Position numbers and translations under genes: made by a program
In this document: positions 46,241 to 56,186 of the stretch, in pieces
Layout of the letters: every line of letters begins with the position of its first letter
Numbering within the stretch: the first letter of the stretch is position 1
Notes under the pieces: model-generated
Told to the model about the DNA's origin: nothing
The model's input: the letters and a program-made list of their open reading frames with translations, nothing else
Database searches by the model: none
Source: a virus
Taxonomy: Duplodnaviria; Caudoviricetes
Length of the DNA stretch: 62,920 nucleotides
Virus record (IMG/VR): IMGVR_UViG_3300031576_000042
Location: 1 to 62,920 of that record
Direction: 5' to 3' (one strand)

Positions 46241-48103
46241 ATGGCACGCAAGAGGTCTAAGATTGTAGATAAGAGCTACGGTATCACTGTGTCTGGCCCT
46301 ACACGGTTGATACCGGACGATGTGTTTACTTCTGGCCCAATGATGCCGTCAATGTCGGATCTGAGTAAGCCATACGCCAATCATGCGTATGTGTATGCTT
46401 GTGTGCGTGCTATTGCCCAGAACATTGCTCAAGTTCCGTTCATTTGTCAGACTGGGACAGGGAAAAACCCTGTTGTTATCACTGAAGAAGACACAGGTGC
46501 TAAGGGCGACTTGTTTGATGTCTTTGAAACGCCGAACGATCTATCCACGAAGTATCAGTTGTGGGAGGCGACAATCACATGGCTTAATCTTCGTGGTACA
46601 TCAATGTGGGTTCTTGATAGGGAGAACGCTACACAAGTCCCAGAAAATATTTGGGTATTCGGACCAGACAATTTTATTCCTATTGTCAACTACGACGACG
46701 CCAGGGCTACAAAGATAGTTGGTTGGGTGTTGCTTGGTCCAAATGGAAGTGTTCTTCCATTGACCAGCAATCAAGTCGTCATGTTCAAGTTCTTCAACCC
46801 GTATGACCCTATCTTTGGTATCGGACCTATTGAGGCTGCCCGTCGCGGCATTAAGTTCGATTACCTTGCTTCGATTTATGGGTCAAATTTCTTTGAGAAT
46901 TCTGCCGACCCTGCCGGGGTTCTCATGGCTGAGAGGAAGCTTACTAAACAGCAAGTAGCTGAGCTTCGTGATGCTTGGGAGCAGCGCCATCGTGGGCCAG
47001 GCAATGCTAAGAAGGTAGGCATTCTCTGGGGCGGTATGAAGTACCAAGCAATCACTGTGTCACAAAAGGACATGGAATTTATTGAACAGCGGAAGTGGAC
47101 GCTTGATGAGCTTCTTGCTGTTTTTAAGGTGCCTAAATCTGAGCTTGGGCTGTATGAGGATGTTAATCATGCAACATCCTTGTCTCAGGATAGGAGTTTC
47201 TGGCAGAAGACTCTTATTCCGATTATTCAGAATCTCCAGGCAGTTATTAGCTCTAGAATTACTACTGGTCTTCGTACAACTGTAGATAAGACACTTAAGC
47301 TTCTTTTCGATACGAAAGTTGTTCCGGCTCTACAGGAGCAGTTCTCCGAGAAGATCAAGAATGCGGAGATTCTCTTTCGTATGGGGTGGCCTATCAACTC
47401 CATTAACGAAAAACTTCAGCTTGGCTTTCCAAGTGTTCCTTGGGGCGATACATGGTGGTTGAACCAGGCTATTGTTCCTGTCGAGTTTGTTCTTGAGGGG
47501 CGAACAACCATGAACCCCAAGCCTTCTGGCCCTACTGTGCCAGGTGGTGATGGTGGTGTTCCTTCTCAAGAAGATCCGCCACATAACACACCTGACGATC
47601 CTACTGACAATCAAGGGGTTGACGATAATAAGCGGCTTATATTAGATAGGCTGCATCTAAGGGCAGCTCAAAAAAGCAAACCTGATTGTCGTGTCGAAGC
47701 TATAAATCTTTACGCCAAGCGTGTTTCTTTACTTCTGAAGAATTTTTTGTGGAGGCTTCGGAAGCACCAGCTTTGTATTGTCGTTAGGAATAATGATATC
47801 TTTTCCAAAAATGATTGGAGTGATAAACTTTCCAAAAAGCTAAAAGACTCGCTTACAGGATTTTTTATAGAGTTAGGTATTGATTTTCCAGAAGTTGTTT
47901 TAGATAATCATCCAACAATTGATGAGCTTCATGCTGTTCTTTCCTGTGCTCCGAACATCTCTCTTGGTGTTGTAAGGGACGTGTTCAACCAGCTCACTAC
48001 CGACCATAACTTGATGATCTTGTCGAAAAGGGAGCTTATTGGGGCGTATAAAACCGTTATAGGATATAAAAATGCTAAGGAAGCAAATCGAGTCTCCTGT
48101 TGA
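46241..48103 (+). CDS. HK97-family portal protein with C-terminal extension
   Basis: VYACVRAIAQNIAQVP, NPYD..FGIGPIEAA, FFENSADPAGVL, GMKYQ...SQKDMEFIE, AVFKVP. Confidence 0.93.
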   Translation: MARKRSKIVDKSYGITVSGPTRLIPDDVFTSGPMMPSMSDLSKPYANHAYVYACVRAIAQNIAQVPFICQTGTGKNPVVITEEDTGAKGDLFDVFETPNDLSTKYQLWEATITWLNLRGTSMWVLDRENATQVPENIWVFGPDNFIPIVNYDDARATKIVGWVLLGPNGSVLPLTSNQVVMFKFFNPYDPIFGIGPIEAARRGIKFDYLASIYGSNFFENSADPAGVLMAERKLTKQQVAELRDAWEQRHRGPGNAKKVGILWGGMKYQAITVSQKDMEFIEQRKWTLDELLAVFKVPKSELGLYEDVNHATSLSQDRSFWQKTLIPIIQNLQAVISSRITTGLRTTVDKTLKLLFDTKVVPALQEQFSEKIKNAEILFRMGWPINSINEKLQLGFPSVPWGDTWWLNQAIVPVEFVLEGRTTMNPKPSGPTVPGGDGGVPSQEDPPHNTPDDPTDNQGVDDNKRLILDRLHLRAAQKSKPDCRVEAINLYAKRVSLLLKNFLWRLRKHQLCIVVRNNDIFSKNDWSDKLSKKLKDSLTGFFIELGIDFPEVVLDNHPTIDELHAVLSCAPNISLGVVRDVFNQLTTDHNLMILSKRELIGAYKTVIGYKNAKEANRVSC

Positions 48104-49115
48104 GAAGATCAAGAATAACGATCAGCGAATTTACAGGTTTGTCGCTAGTGACGAACGTGTGGATCGCATGGGAGATATTATTGAGGTAGACGGGTGGGAA
48201 ACAGCGGACTGGGAAAAGAATCCGGTGATTCTGTGGGGGCATGATTCTAGAGCCCCGCCTATTGGGCGTGGTGTTGGAATACGGAAGCTTGGTCGCCCCA
48301 AGCAGCTTCTTATTGATGTGTTGTTTGCGTCAAAGGAAGTTCATGAGCTTGCCGGTACTGTCGAAGGGCTTGTTGATACAGGTTTCATTAAAGCAACGTC
48401 AGTAGGCTTTCTTCCGAAGAAGTCTGAGCCTCTGGATGACGAAGACGATTCTTGGTTTGCTCCACGACGTTACAAGGAGCAAGAGCTTCTTGAGCTGTCT
48501 ATCGTTTCTATTCCTGCTAATCCTCGCGCACTGATTGTTCAAAATGCTATTCGGACGATTGGTGTTTCCGGGTGCCAGGACGTTTGTGGGCTGGTGTTTG
48601 CCAAAGAGTTGTTTACTACAGAGCAAATTCAGCTTTGGCTCTGTGAGCATGGGTTCACGCTTGACGCCAAGGAAGAGTACAAGAAGAGTTTCTTTGTCGC
48701 AGTTAGATCGATCAAGAATAAGGAAATGCTGGATAGAGTTCCTGTTGCACCTGGAGTCGTTGCTTTGATTGACTCGGATACAGATATCAAGCACGTTGTT
48801 ACTGGAGTGTCAGATTATTCTTCTTTCACTCGTAGCAACGAAGCTGGTCAAATGGCTATCTTGCGCCTCATGCAGCAACAGCATGAAACTTTGGTGCAGC
48901 AGTTTATTGATAATACAAAGGCTATCAAGGATCTTGCAAATTCTACAGAGTCTCTTGGCACTGTAGTTCGTGAGCTGTCGGTTTTGGCTGAGTTGCTCAA
49001 CCAGGAAGCTTCTTCTCCACCTGCCTCTGGCAAAACGCCTGATGAGGCTGTGGTGGACGAGTACGAGAAGGCTCTTGGTAAGCTCCAGCTAAAAATTGAG
49101 TCGTTGAGTGTTTAA
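48072..49115 (+). CDS. HK97-type prohead protease
   Basis: ASDERVDRMGDII, NPVILWGHD, PIG, TSVGF, LLELSIVSIPANP. Confidence 0.92.
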   Translation: MLRKQIESPVEKIKNNDQRIYRFVASDERVDRMGDIIEVDGWETADWEKNPVILWGHDSRAPPIGRGVGIRKLGRPKQLLIDVLFASKEVHELAGTVEGLVDTGFIKATSVGFLPKKSEPLDDEDDSWFAPRRYKEQELLELSIVSIPANPRALIVQNAIRTIGVSGCQDVCGLVFAKELFTTEQIQLWLCEHGFTLDAKEEYKKSFFVAVRSIKNKEMLDRVPVAPGVVALIDSDTDIKHVVTGVSDYSSFTRSNEAGQMAILRLMQQQHETLVQQFIDNTKAIKDLANSTESLGTVVRELSVLAELLNQEASSPPASGKTPDEAVVDEYEKALGKLQLKIESLSV

Positions 49116-49144
49116 TAACCAGGACATATTATAGGACTAAAAAC

Positions 49145-50344
49145 ATGCCCGATGCAGTCTTGGAGGCCATTACTGGTCTTTCTACTAAGTTTGATAGTGC
49201 TGCCTCTAAATTCGATTTGCTTAATCAGCGCTTTGATGCGAGTGAGGTACGACTGACTACTCTTGAGAAGTCGTTTCGAGAGTCGCTCACGTCTAAGTAT
49301 GGTGAGGGAAATGATGTTCCCAAGAAGCAATGGAGTTGGGCACGGTATGCTTTCGCTATCGCAACGAAGGATTGGAGTGTTGCTCCATTCGAGCGTGAAG
49401 AGTGTGACAAGTGGCGCGATGTAGTGTCGAAGACAATGCAGGCGTCTTCCTTTACTGCCGGTGGGTCGCTGATTCCTCCGCAGTATATGACGGAGCTTAT
49501 TTCATTCCTTCGCCCGCTGTTGATTACGGAAACACTTGGTGTTCGTCTTCTGACGGGTCTTGTTGGCTCGCCTGTTAAGCTTCCTAAGCTGAATACTGGA
49601 GCTACTGCGTACTGGATCTCCCCAGAAGGGGCTTCGGTTCCTGCTTCGGATCAGGTCACTGGGAACATGGAATTCCAACCACATAAGGTTGGTGCTCTGG
49701 TCAAGCTTTCTAATGATCTTGTAACACTTGCCAATCCGGCTATTGAATCGATTGTACGTGCCGATATTGCCAATGCTTTGGCTGAGGAAATTGATAAGCA
49801 GTTCTTCCAGGGCACTGGCACTGGTGGCAAGCCTGAGGGTCTTAGCATCTCGCAGCCAGCTATTCTTGTTGGTGACACTGCTTGGACTGACAACGGTACC
49901 GCAGCACAGAACGTTCCCGCTCTGGTTGCGATGGTACGCGAGATTGACGAGAACAATGCTCTTCGTGGGCGTTTGTCTTGGGCGTGTAATCCTACTTCTT
50001 ACTGGCAGATTGCTCAGCTTGTTGACACTGCTGGGCGTCCGCTTATGCAGGCGCAAGGAATTTCTTCGGCTGCAACTAGTGTGCAGACTGATATGATTCT
50101 TGGCTACCCGATTCGTCGTAGCACACTTGTTTCACCAACTGGTGCCGCTGCAACGGATGACAATCTCTACTTCGGTAACTGGGATGATGCGGTTATCGGT
50201 GTGTGGAGCACAATGGAATTTGCTGCGTCTACGGAAACTTCTACTGCGTTTGAGAAGGATGAGCTTTGGATTCGTGCCTTCGCTCGTGTTGATTATGGTT
50301 TCCGTCGTAACGTGAGCTTTATCAAGCTTGCTGATGTTGGCTAA
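49145..50344 (+). CDS. Major capsid protein (HK97 fold)
   Basis: GGSLIPPQY, HKVGALVKLSNDL, FFQGTG.G.KPEG, ILGYP, YFGNW, AFEKDELWIRAFARVD. Confidence 0.95.
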   Translation: MPDAVLEAITGLSTKFDSAASKFDLLNQRFDASEVRLTTLEKSFRESLTSKYGEGNDVPKKQWSWARYAFAIATKDWSVAPFEREECDKWRDVVSKTMQASSFTAGGSLIPPQYMTELISFLRPLLITETLGVRLLTGLVGSPVKLPKLNTGATAYWISPEGASVPASDQVTGNMEFQPHKVGALVKLSNDLVTLANPAIESIVRADIANALAEEIDKQFFQGTGTGGKPEGLSISQPAILVGDTAWTDNGTAAQNVPALVAMVREIDENNALRGRLSWACNPTSYWQIAQLVDTAGRPLMQAQGISSAATSVQTDMILGYPIRRSTLVSPTGAAATDDNLYFGNWDDAVIGVWSTMEFAASTETSTAFEKDELWIRAFARVDYGFRRNVSFIKLADVG

Positions 50345-50383
50345 GCTCCATTGGTAATCGTCTTCAAATAGGAGTGTATTGAC

Positions 50384-50815
50384 ATGACGAATTCTCCCGT
50401 GTTGTACAACATGGTTAAAGTTGTACATATTCAGACCGTTGGTGCTGTGACTGCTACTGGGCAGAGCAGCTCTACTGATATGCAGGCTGTTGCACAGGTT
50501 GGTGCCTGTGGTCGTGGTCTGCTGATAATCAATGCAGGCGCAAAGTCTGGTACCTTTACTCAGTTTGATCTGAGGCTTCAGGGATCGCCTGACAACTCAG
50601 TTTGGACTGAAGTTGCTGTGATTAAAAATGCGGCTGACGCTCCGGCCGCTAACACTGATACGATTTACGATTTCAACACTGAGCTTGGGCTTAATGTAAG
50701 CAATGTTGAGTATCGTTATCTTCGTGTTCAGTGGGTAATCGCAGGCACTACGCCAAGCTTGTCCTTCTCGGCGTGTATGTTGCTTGGTGGCTTTGAGCAC
50801 CTGTCTGCCAACTAA
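50384..50815 (+). CDS. Putative capsid decoration protein
   Basis: Follows MCP before terminator; LQGSPDNSVWT...YRYLRV motif; SD AGGAG. Confidence 0.6.
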   Translation: MTNSPVLYNMVKVVHIQTVGAVTATGQSSSTDMQAVAQVGACGRGLLIINAGAKSGTFTQFDLRLQGSPDNSVWTEVAVIKNAADAPAANTDTIYDFNTELGLNVSNVEYRYLRVQWVIAGTTPSLSFSACMLLGGFEHLSAN

Positions 50816-50836
50816 CTTCTTGTATGAGTGGAATGG

Positions 50837-50870
50837 AGTGGGCCGGCAATCTCGGCTGGCCCACTTTTTT
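50837..50870 (+). terminator. Rho-independent terminator
   Basis: AGTGGGCCGGC...GCTGGCCCACT + T-run, directly followed by palindrome copy 50871. Confidence 0.8.
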
Positions 50871-50886
50871 ATAAGCAGATTATATT

Positions 50887-51474
50887 ATGGACTTGGTTTC
50901 GATAGAGTTAGTAAAGGCTATTCTAGGCCCTGGCGTTGGAACACAAGGCGACCAAGCTTTACTTGAAATTATTACGATTGTTTCAGGGCAGATAGAGAGC
51001 TATCTGGATCGAAAAGCCCAGGTAATTACTTATACTGAGCAGTTGAATGTAGAAGATGGGCAGTGGAAGTTTTTTCTTAAAGCGTACCCTATTACTTCTA
51101 TAACGTCCGTACACAATGACTACGATAGGGTATTTGCGTCGGGCAGTCTTATTGACGCAACCGACTACTACATTGATCTTGTTAGTGGCTGTCTGACGAT
51201 TGACAAGACTTCTCTTGTCTGTGGTGCAGGCATGCTCAAGGTAGTTTATGTTGGTGGAATGGCCGCTACCGAAGCAGCTTTTAAAACAGCTTATCCTGAC
51301 ATAACTGGTGCGGCAGCAATAGAGTGTGCAGCGCGGTGGCTTCGTAAAGGGCATCCGAATACAATCAATGCCACGATTGGTGGTGCAACTGTTTCTTTTA
51401 TCACAAGAGATCAGTTTCTGCCAGATGTCAAGGCGGTGCTTGATGGGCATCTGAGAATGGCTTCCTATGCCTAG
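50887..51474 (+). CDS. Head-tail connector/adaptor
   Basis: LVSIELVK..L...D..L..II..VS.QIESYLDR, YPITSITSV, VVYVGG. Confidence 0.75.
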   Translation: MDLVSIELVKAILGPGVGTQGDQALLEIITIVSGQIESYLDRKAQVITYTEQLNVEDGQWKFFLKAYPITSITSVHNDYDRVFASGSLIDATDYYIDLVSGCLTIDKTSLVCGAGMLKVVYVGGMAATEAAFKTAYPDITGAAAIECAARWLRKGHPNTINATIGGATVSFITRDQFLPDVKAVLDGHLRMASYA

Positions 51475-52087
51475 TAAGACCCGTGATAAGCTCGTGGTAG
51501 ACATTAAAGATCTTGCTAAAAAGATTCGTGCTGCTGTTCGCTTTGCGAATAAACTTCCTCGGCTTGTCTACAATGTCATGCGTAAGCTGTCTGCTCTTGC
51601 TGAGCAACGGCTTATACTTGATGCACTGACTGGGCGACCTGGTGTAAGAATTGATAGTGGAAGACTTATCCTTAGCCTCAAAAACAAAACCTTATTCGCA
51701 AAGGATAAATCTTCCATTCTTGTTACCTCTGACCATCCAGGTATTCGCGTGCATATGCATGGAGGGCGCATAGTTCCTCGTATAAAGCGAGCGCTGGCCA
51801 TACCCGTTGGAAGCTCATATGCTGCCGAGCTTCGCTATGGCAAGCCTATTAGCCCTCTTCTGAAGCTCGTTAAAGGTCATTCTGGAGCGGTTCTTGTTGA
51901 TGATCGTGGATCTTCTAATGACTTGCTTGCTCAACCACAGGCTGTAGGGACTGTAACGCACTTCCTTCGTAAACATGTCTTTGTTCCAAAGAGGATTGAT
52001 TACGAAGGTATTTCTCGTGATTTCACCATGGATACTGTCGCACCAGCAATGGTATCTGATTTGGTAAAGAGGGTGTGGCGTGGCTGA
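51467..52087 (+). CDS. Neck/tail-completion protein
   Basis: Basic; SGRL..S, HMHGG.I.P...ALAIP motifs; position. Confidence 0.55.
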   Translation: MPSKTRDKLVVDIKDLAKKIRAAVRFANKLPRLVYNVMRKLSALAEQRLILDALTGRPGVRIDSGRLILSLKNKTLFAKDKSSILVTSDHPGIRVHMHGGRIVPRIKRALAIPVGSSYAAELRYGKPISPLLKLVKGHSGAVLVDDRGSSNDLLAQPQAVGTVTHFLRKHVFVPKRIDYEGISRDFTMDTVAPAMVSDLVKRVWRG

Positions 52088-52532
52088 TTCAGTACGGGAG
52101 AAGATTGTTTCAAATATCGCTACTGTTGTAGGAAATATTACGGTAGTCAGCGGGTATGCCTTTGATATAAAGCAAGTCTTTCGGGTTCCGCAAAATCCGT
52201 TTGAAATGACTGACTATCCGTTTTCTTTGGTAGTCGATTCAACAGAAAGCAAGACAGATGGCGATCCGGCGCAGTTCACACAATGTAAGCTAAGAGTTGA
52301 AATAATCACTTGGATGCATCACACAGAAAATTTTGCCAAGGAAGTTTTGATTGGCATGGCTGAAATTGAGAAGTCATTATACCTCGATCAAACCAGGGGT
52401 GGGTTTGCGATAGATACTACGGCTGTGGATAATGAGCTGTACATTTCAGAAATGGCTATGCCTCTTGGTGGGTTCCGTATTGGAGTAGAGATTCTATACA
52501 GGCACAGAATTGGCGATCCTTATACGAAGTGA
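52080..52532 (+). CDS. Tail terminator-like protein
   Basis: SVREKI...I.V..GY, D.TRGG.A.DT; position before tail tube. Confidence 0.6.
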   Translation: MADSVREKIVSNIATVVGNITVVSGYAFDIKQVFRVPQNPFEMTDYPFSLVVDSTESKTDGDPAQFTQCKLRVEIITWMHHTENFAKEVLIGMAEIEKSLYLDQTRGGFAIDTTAVDNELYISEMAMPLGGFRIGVEILYRHRIGDPYTK

Positions 52533-52542
52533 AAGGTGAGCT

Positions 52543-53541
52543 ATGCCGCTTCTCAGAAGAAAACAAACTATTGCTGTAGCTGAAGAGGTCACTGAGGGAA
52601 CAATGGTTAGTATCTTGGCGTCTCATGCCAAGTATCTTGTCTATGATTGTAAGTATAAGATAAACCCTACTGTAATTCCTCGCCAGCTCAACGTCACTTC
52701 GTTTGCGCGTAAGATTTCTGTGATTGGCATGAAGCTCGTGACAATTACTTTCTCGACTGAGGTAGTTGGAGCTGGAACTGTTGATTCTGAGTCCGCATGG
52801 GCAATTTTCATGCGCGGCTGTGGATTCAAGCCTACGGTTAATGCTACTGTGAGCGTTCAATATGATCCCGTGACTAACGCGGCTACTTATGGGGCCGCGC
52901 AAGGAAACGTTAGCCTTACTATTTGGGTATACGAAGACGGTGTAGTCAAGAAGGCTCGTGGTTGTCGTGGAACTGGAAAGCTTACGGCTGAGTCTGGTGG
53001 TATTGCCAAGTGGGAATGGGAGTTCACTGGGATTTACGAACCTCCTGCTGATGCAGCATACCCTGCTCTTGGTGCTGGGTTCGATGCAAACATTCCGCCT
53101 CTTTTTGAGCTTAGTACGTTTACGTTCCAGGATATGACTTCTGGTACCGTGCTTATCAAGACGGCAGTAATTGATATCGGTAATACGGTTGTGCCTCGAT
53201 ACGATGCTACCAGTACGTCAGGTGTTCGCAGCTTATTTGTTTCGGATCGTGAGCTTATTGGTAGCATTGATCCTGAGCAGATGCTTGAGGTAGATTGGGG
53301 AGCTACTGATAAGAGTGAAACCAGGCGTCTTGCAGATGGTACTGTCGGTGGGCTTACTATTTTGATTGGTAGTACAGCCGGCAACAAGTTTGAAATTACT
53401 GCGCCTGCTGCTCAGGTCCAAATTACTGGTGTTGAAGAGGGCGATAGAGACGGTCTTTCCACCAATGCCGTCGATCTTGGTTTCTATGTACCACTGTCCG
53501 AAGACGTGTCAAACAAGGAAATCAGATTCAAAACACTGTAG
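52543..53541 (+). CDS. Major tail tube protein
   Basis: GCGF, YDPV, SLTIW...DG....GCRG, WEFTG.Y pattern; position. Confidence 0.75.
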   Translation: MPLLRRKQTIAVAEEVTEGTMVSILASHAKYLVYDCKYKINPTVIPRQLNVTSFARKISVIGMKLVTITFSTEVVGAGTVDSESAWAIFMRGCGFKPTVNATVSVQYDPVTNAATYGAAQGNVSLTIWVYEDGVVKKARGCRGTGKLTAESGGIAKWEWEFTGIYEPPADAAYPALGAGFDANIPPLFELSTFTFQDMTSGTVLIKTAVIDIGNTVVPRYDATSTSGVRSLFVSDRELIGSIDPEQMLEVDWGATDKSETRRLADGTVGGLTILIGSTAGNKFEITAPAAQVQITGVEEGDRDGLSTNAVDLGFYVPLSEDVSNKEIRFKTL

Positions 53542-53586
53542 CTCCGGCTTAGGTGGGATATAAGCGGGTTATTAAAAGGAAGTCTA

Positions 53587-53952
53587 ATGGCGATTGCTAT
53601 CGATCCAAAAACTCCGATTCCTTTCGTTACACCTTCGGATCGTAAGCTTCCTGTTGAGCAGCAAACAACATTTCTTTTTCTTCCATTCACTCGTCGTGAG
53701 ATCGCTCGATTTGAGCAGCTTCAGAGTACAGCGAAAGAAGGAAAGCTTAACGCGATTGATTCGTTCATTGACATTCTGAAAGACAAGCTTGTTGGGTGGA
53801 GCAATTTTAAGCGTCAAGACGGTACTGAAGTTGTCTTCAACAACACTAATCCAATTGAGAATTTCGACTGTATTGGTCTTGGAACACTGCTTCAGCTTTT
53901 CCAAGGGGTTGTCGAGATCAACCAGATTACCATTGAAGAAATAAAAAACTGA
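53587..53952 (+). CDS. Tail assembly chaperone (gpG-like)
   Basis: LVGWSNF, ends EEIKN with slippery A-AAA-AAC. Confidence 0.7.
   Translation: MAIAIDPKTPIPFVTPSDRKLPVEQQTTFLFLPFTRREIARFEQLQSTAKEGKLNAIDSFIDILKDKLVGWSNFKRQDGTEVVFNNTNPIENFDCIGLGTLLQLFQGVVEINQITIEEIKN
53943..53949 (+). other. Programmed -1 frameshift slippery site
   Basis: A AAA AAC immediately before TGA; -1 frame is continuous with ORF 53955..54278. Confidence 0.7.
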
Positions 53953-53954
53953 GA

Positions 53955-54278
53955 TTGGGGGTACTCATTTACGGTGGTGCAATCAAAACAGATTGTCATC
54001 GCTGTGATAAGTTCACCCCCGAGCAACGGAAATACAAAGGTTGTGACGGACCTTCTGCTGAGGAGCTTGAATATGATGGGGTAAAATATTCTGGTTGTCC
54101 TGGCAGGCTTGTGACGAATCAGACTCGTTTGGCTATAGAGGTATACTCTTCATGTGAGCAGTTTCATTGCTTGCCCGCTGAAGGGGGCCTGTATGACCAA
54201 ACGTTTTGTTTTTCACAGATACTCAGCACAATTCAAAAAGTCTTAGCTGACATCCAAAAAGAAAAAGAGAAAGAGTAA
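53955..54278 (+). CDS. Tail assembly chaperone extension (gpT-like)
   Basis: No good own start; LPAEGGLYDQ motif; precedes tape measure. Confidence 0.65.
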   Translation: MGVLIYGGAIKTDCHRCDKFTPEQRKYKGCDGPSAEELEYDGVKYSGCPGRLVTNQTRLAIEVYSSCEQFHCLPAEGGLYDQTFCFSQILSTIQKVLADIQKEKEKE

Positions 54279-56140
54279 TGGCTGTAGCTCAGGAAACTGC
54301 CGTACTAAATATCTCAGCAACTACGACTGCTGCGATACAAGCATTTACTGCCCTTGGTAAGCATGCAGTTGCTATCTTGACGCAGCTTCGTCAGGCTGTG
54401 TCACAGACCTCTATTGCCATGCGTGCTCTTTCTACGATCTCAAATAATGTATCAGGAACTATCAAGAGGAGCTTTGCTTCAACGACTGCTGCTGTGCAGA
54501 CTACTTCTCAGCAGGCAGTTATTTCTTTGCAGGCGATTGGTACTGCTGCCAATACTGCTGCTGGGGAGCTTGGTAAAATAGGTGGTGCGGCAGCTCGCGG
54601 TGCTGCGGCAGTTAATAATGCTGCCGGTAAGGCTAGACAGTCTGTCAATTCTCTTGGAGCAAATATTTTCAGGTTTAGGGAAAATATTACTGGGCTGTTC
54701 AACGGTGTTACCAATTTAGTAGCTAGAACATTTCGTGCGGTTGCTCGATTAAGGACTGCGTTTTTCATTCTGCTTACTGTTCTGGCAATTCGGCCAATTA
54801 TTAGATTCTTTCAGGATCTTGCTACCTACTCTGGTTCTGCGGCACTGGAGTTTAGTAAGTTTTATGACTGGGTTGCTAAGCTGCTTGCGCTTATTGGTGA
54901 GAAAGCGGCTCCGCTCCTTAAGTTTGTGTTTGAGCTAACCAAGGCTGGTATTACAAGTGCAGTAGGATTTTTAAGTTCAGCTCATGGGGTGATTGAACTT
55001 TTAGTTCAGAGTATAGAAGTACTTATTGATGGATTAAAATTAATTGGCTATGGTCTTATTGTAGTTATTCAATCTCTTCGTGCGATATATAATCTTTCAT
55101 TTGCTCTTGGTTCTGCAATTGCCTATATTCGTGCTAAGTTTCTTGAATTTATTTCCTTTATACTTTCAAAACTTACGGATCTGTCAGCTAAGATTTTTGG
55201 TAACTTGAAGGAAGCCCTATCAGGCTCTTGGTTTGTTCCCGAATGGCTTCTTGATTTTATTACCAAGCTTGAAAACTTTCAGCGTAAAGCATCGAAGGTA
55301 GCGGAAGAGTTCAAAGCGGATTATGCTGCGGTTGCTGAGGTAGCTAAAAGTACTGCTGCGGCAGCTTTTGAAGCTGCTGCCAAGAATGCTGAGTCTGCTG
55401 CGGCAGCTTTTCCAAAATTACTTGGTGTGCTTGAAGACCTTTACAGCTTATCTCCCGAGGGCAGGAAGTTTACTGAGCTACTTCAGCAGCTCGTTACAGA
55501 TACGATTCGTATTCTGAAGGAGCTTGAGGATAGTCCTAACTTAGCTGCTCTTGTAGCAGGTGTAACGACTTTTGCTGCTGGGTTTGTTCAAGCTGTTGGT
55601 GACGCCAAAGCAGCTCTATTAAGCTTTGGCCAGGCTGTTGAGCAGTCTCTTGAGCGTGGGTTCAGTGATACGTTCCTTGAGATCATGGCGTTTAGGTTCA
55701 ACAAGTTTAGAGACATCGTTGTCAATACGCTTGAATCTTTGAAGAAGGCTATTGCTGATTTTCTTGCCAAGCAAGCTGTGAGTGCCTTACTTGGTAGTGT
55801 TCTCGGACCAATTGTGTCTGGTGCTGCTAATCTATTAACAGGTGGTCTTTTTGGCGGTGGCAATGAAGGCCCTGGGACACTGATTAACGCAGCGGGGGAA
55901 GAAGTTAATATCGCAACAGGTACTGTAATTCCTGCTGGTGGTAGATTACAAGCTTCTTTACCAACAAGAACAGCCCTGCCAGTTGGGAGGACAATGAACG
56001 TTCAACTGAACATATCGTCACTTGATGGTGCTGATACGCTGGCAGTGCTCACTAAGCACAAGCAGAAGATTCTTGATATATTCAATGAGGCAGGATCTGG
56101 TGGTGATCTGGTGACTCGGACAACCATCGGCAGAAGGTGA
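54278..56140 (+). CDS. Tape measure protein
   Basis: Ala-rich helical, hydrophobic segments, position after chaperones; 620 aa suggests a fairly short tail. Confidence 0.75.
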   Translation: MAVAQETAVLNISATTTAAIQAFTALGKHAVAILTQLRQAVSQTSIAMRALSTISNNVSGTIKRSFASTTAAVQTTSQQAVISLQAIGTAANTAAGELGKIGGAAARGAAAVNNAAGKARQSVNSLGANIFRFRENITGLFNGVTNLVARTFRAVARLRTAFFILLTVLAIRPIIRFFQDLATYSGSAALEFSKFYDWVAKLLALIGEKAAPLLKFVFELTKAGITSAVGFLSSAHGVIELLVQSIEVLIDGLKLIGYGLIVVIQSLRAIYNLSFALGSAIAYIRAKFLEFISFILSKLTDLSAKIFGNLKEALSGSWFVPEWLLDFITKLENFQRKASKVAEEFKADYAAVAEVAKSTAAAAFEAAAKNAESAAAAFPKLLGVLEDLYSLSPEGRKFTELLQQLVTDTIRILKELEDSPNLAALVAGVTTFAAGFVQAVGDAKAALLSFGQAVEQSLERGFSDTFLEIMAFRFNKFRDIVVNTLESLKKAIADFLAKQAVSALLGSVLGPIVSGAANLLTGGLFGGGNEGPGTLINAAGEEVNIATGTVIPAGGRLQASLPTRTALPVGRTMNVQLNISSLDGADTLAVLTKHKQKILDIFNEAGSGGDLVTRTTIGRR

Positions 56141-56186
56141 AATGAATAGAGTCGTTCTAGTCAGGCGTTAATAAGCGGCTTATATA

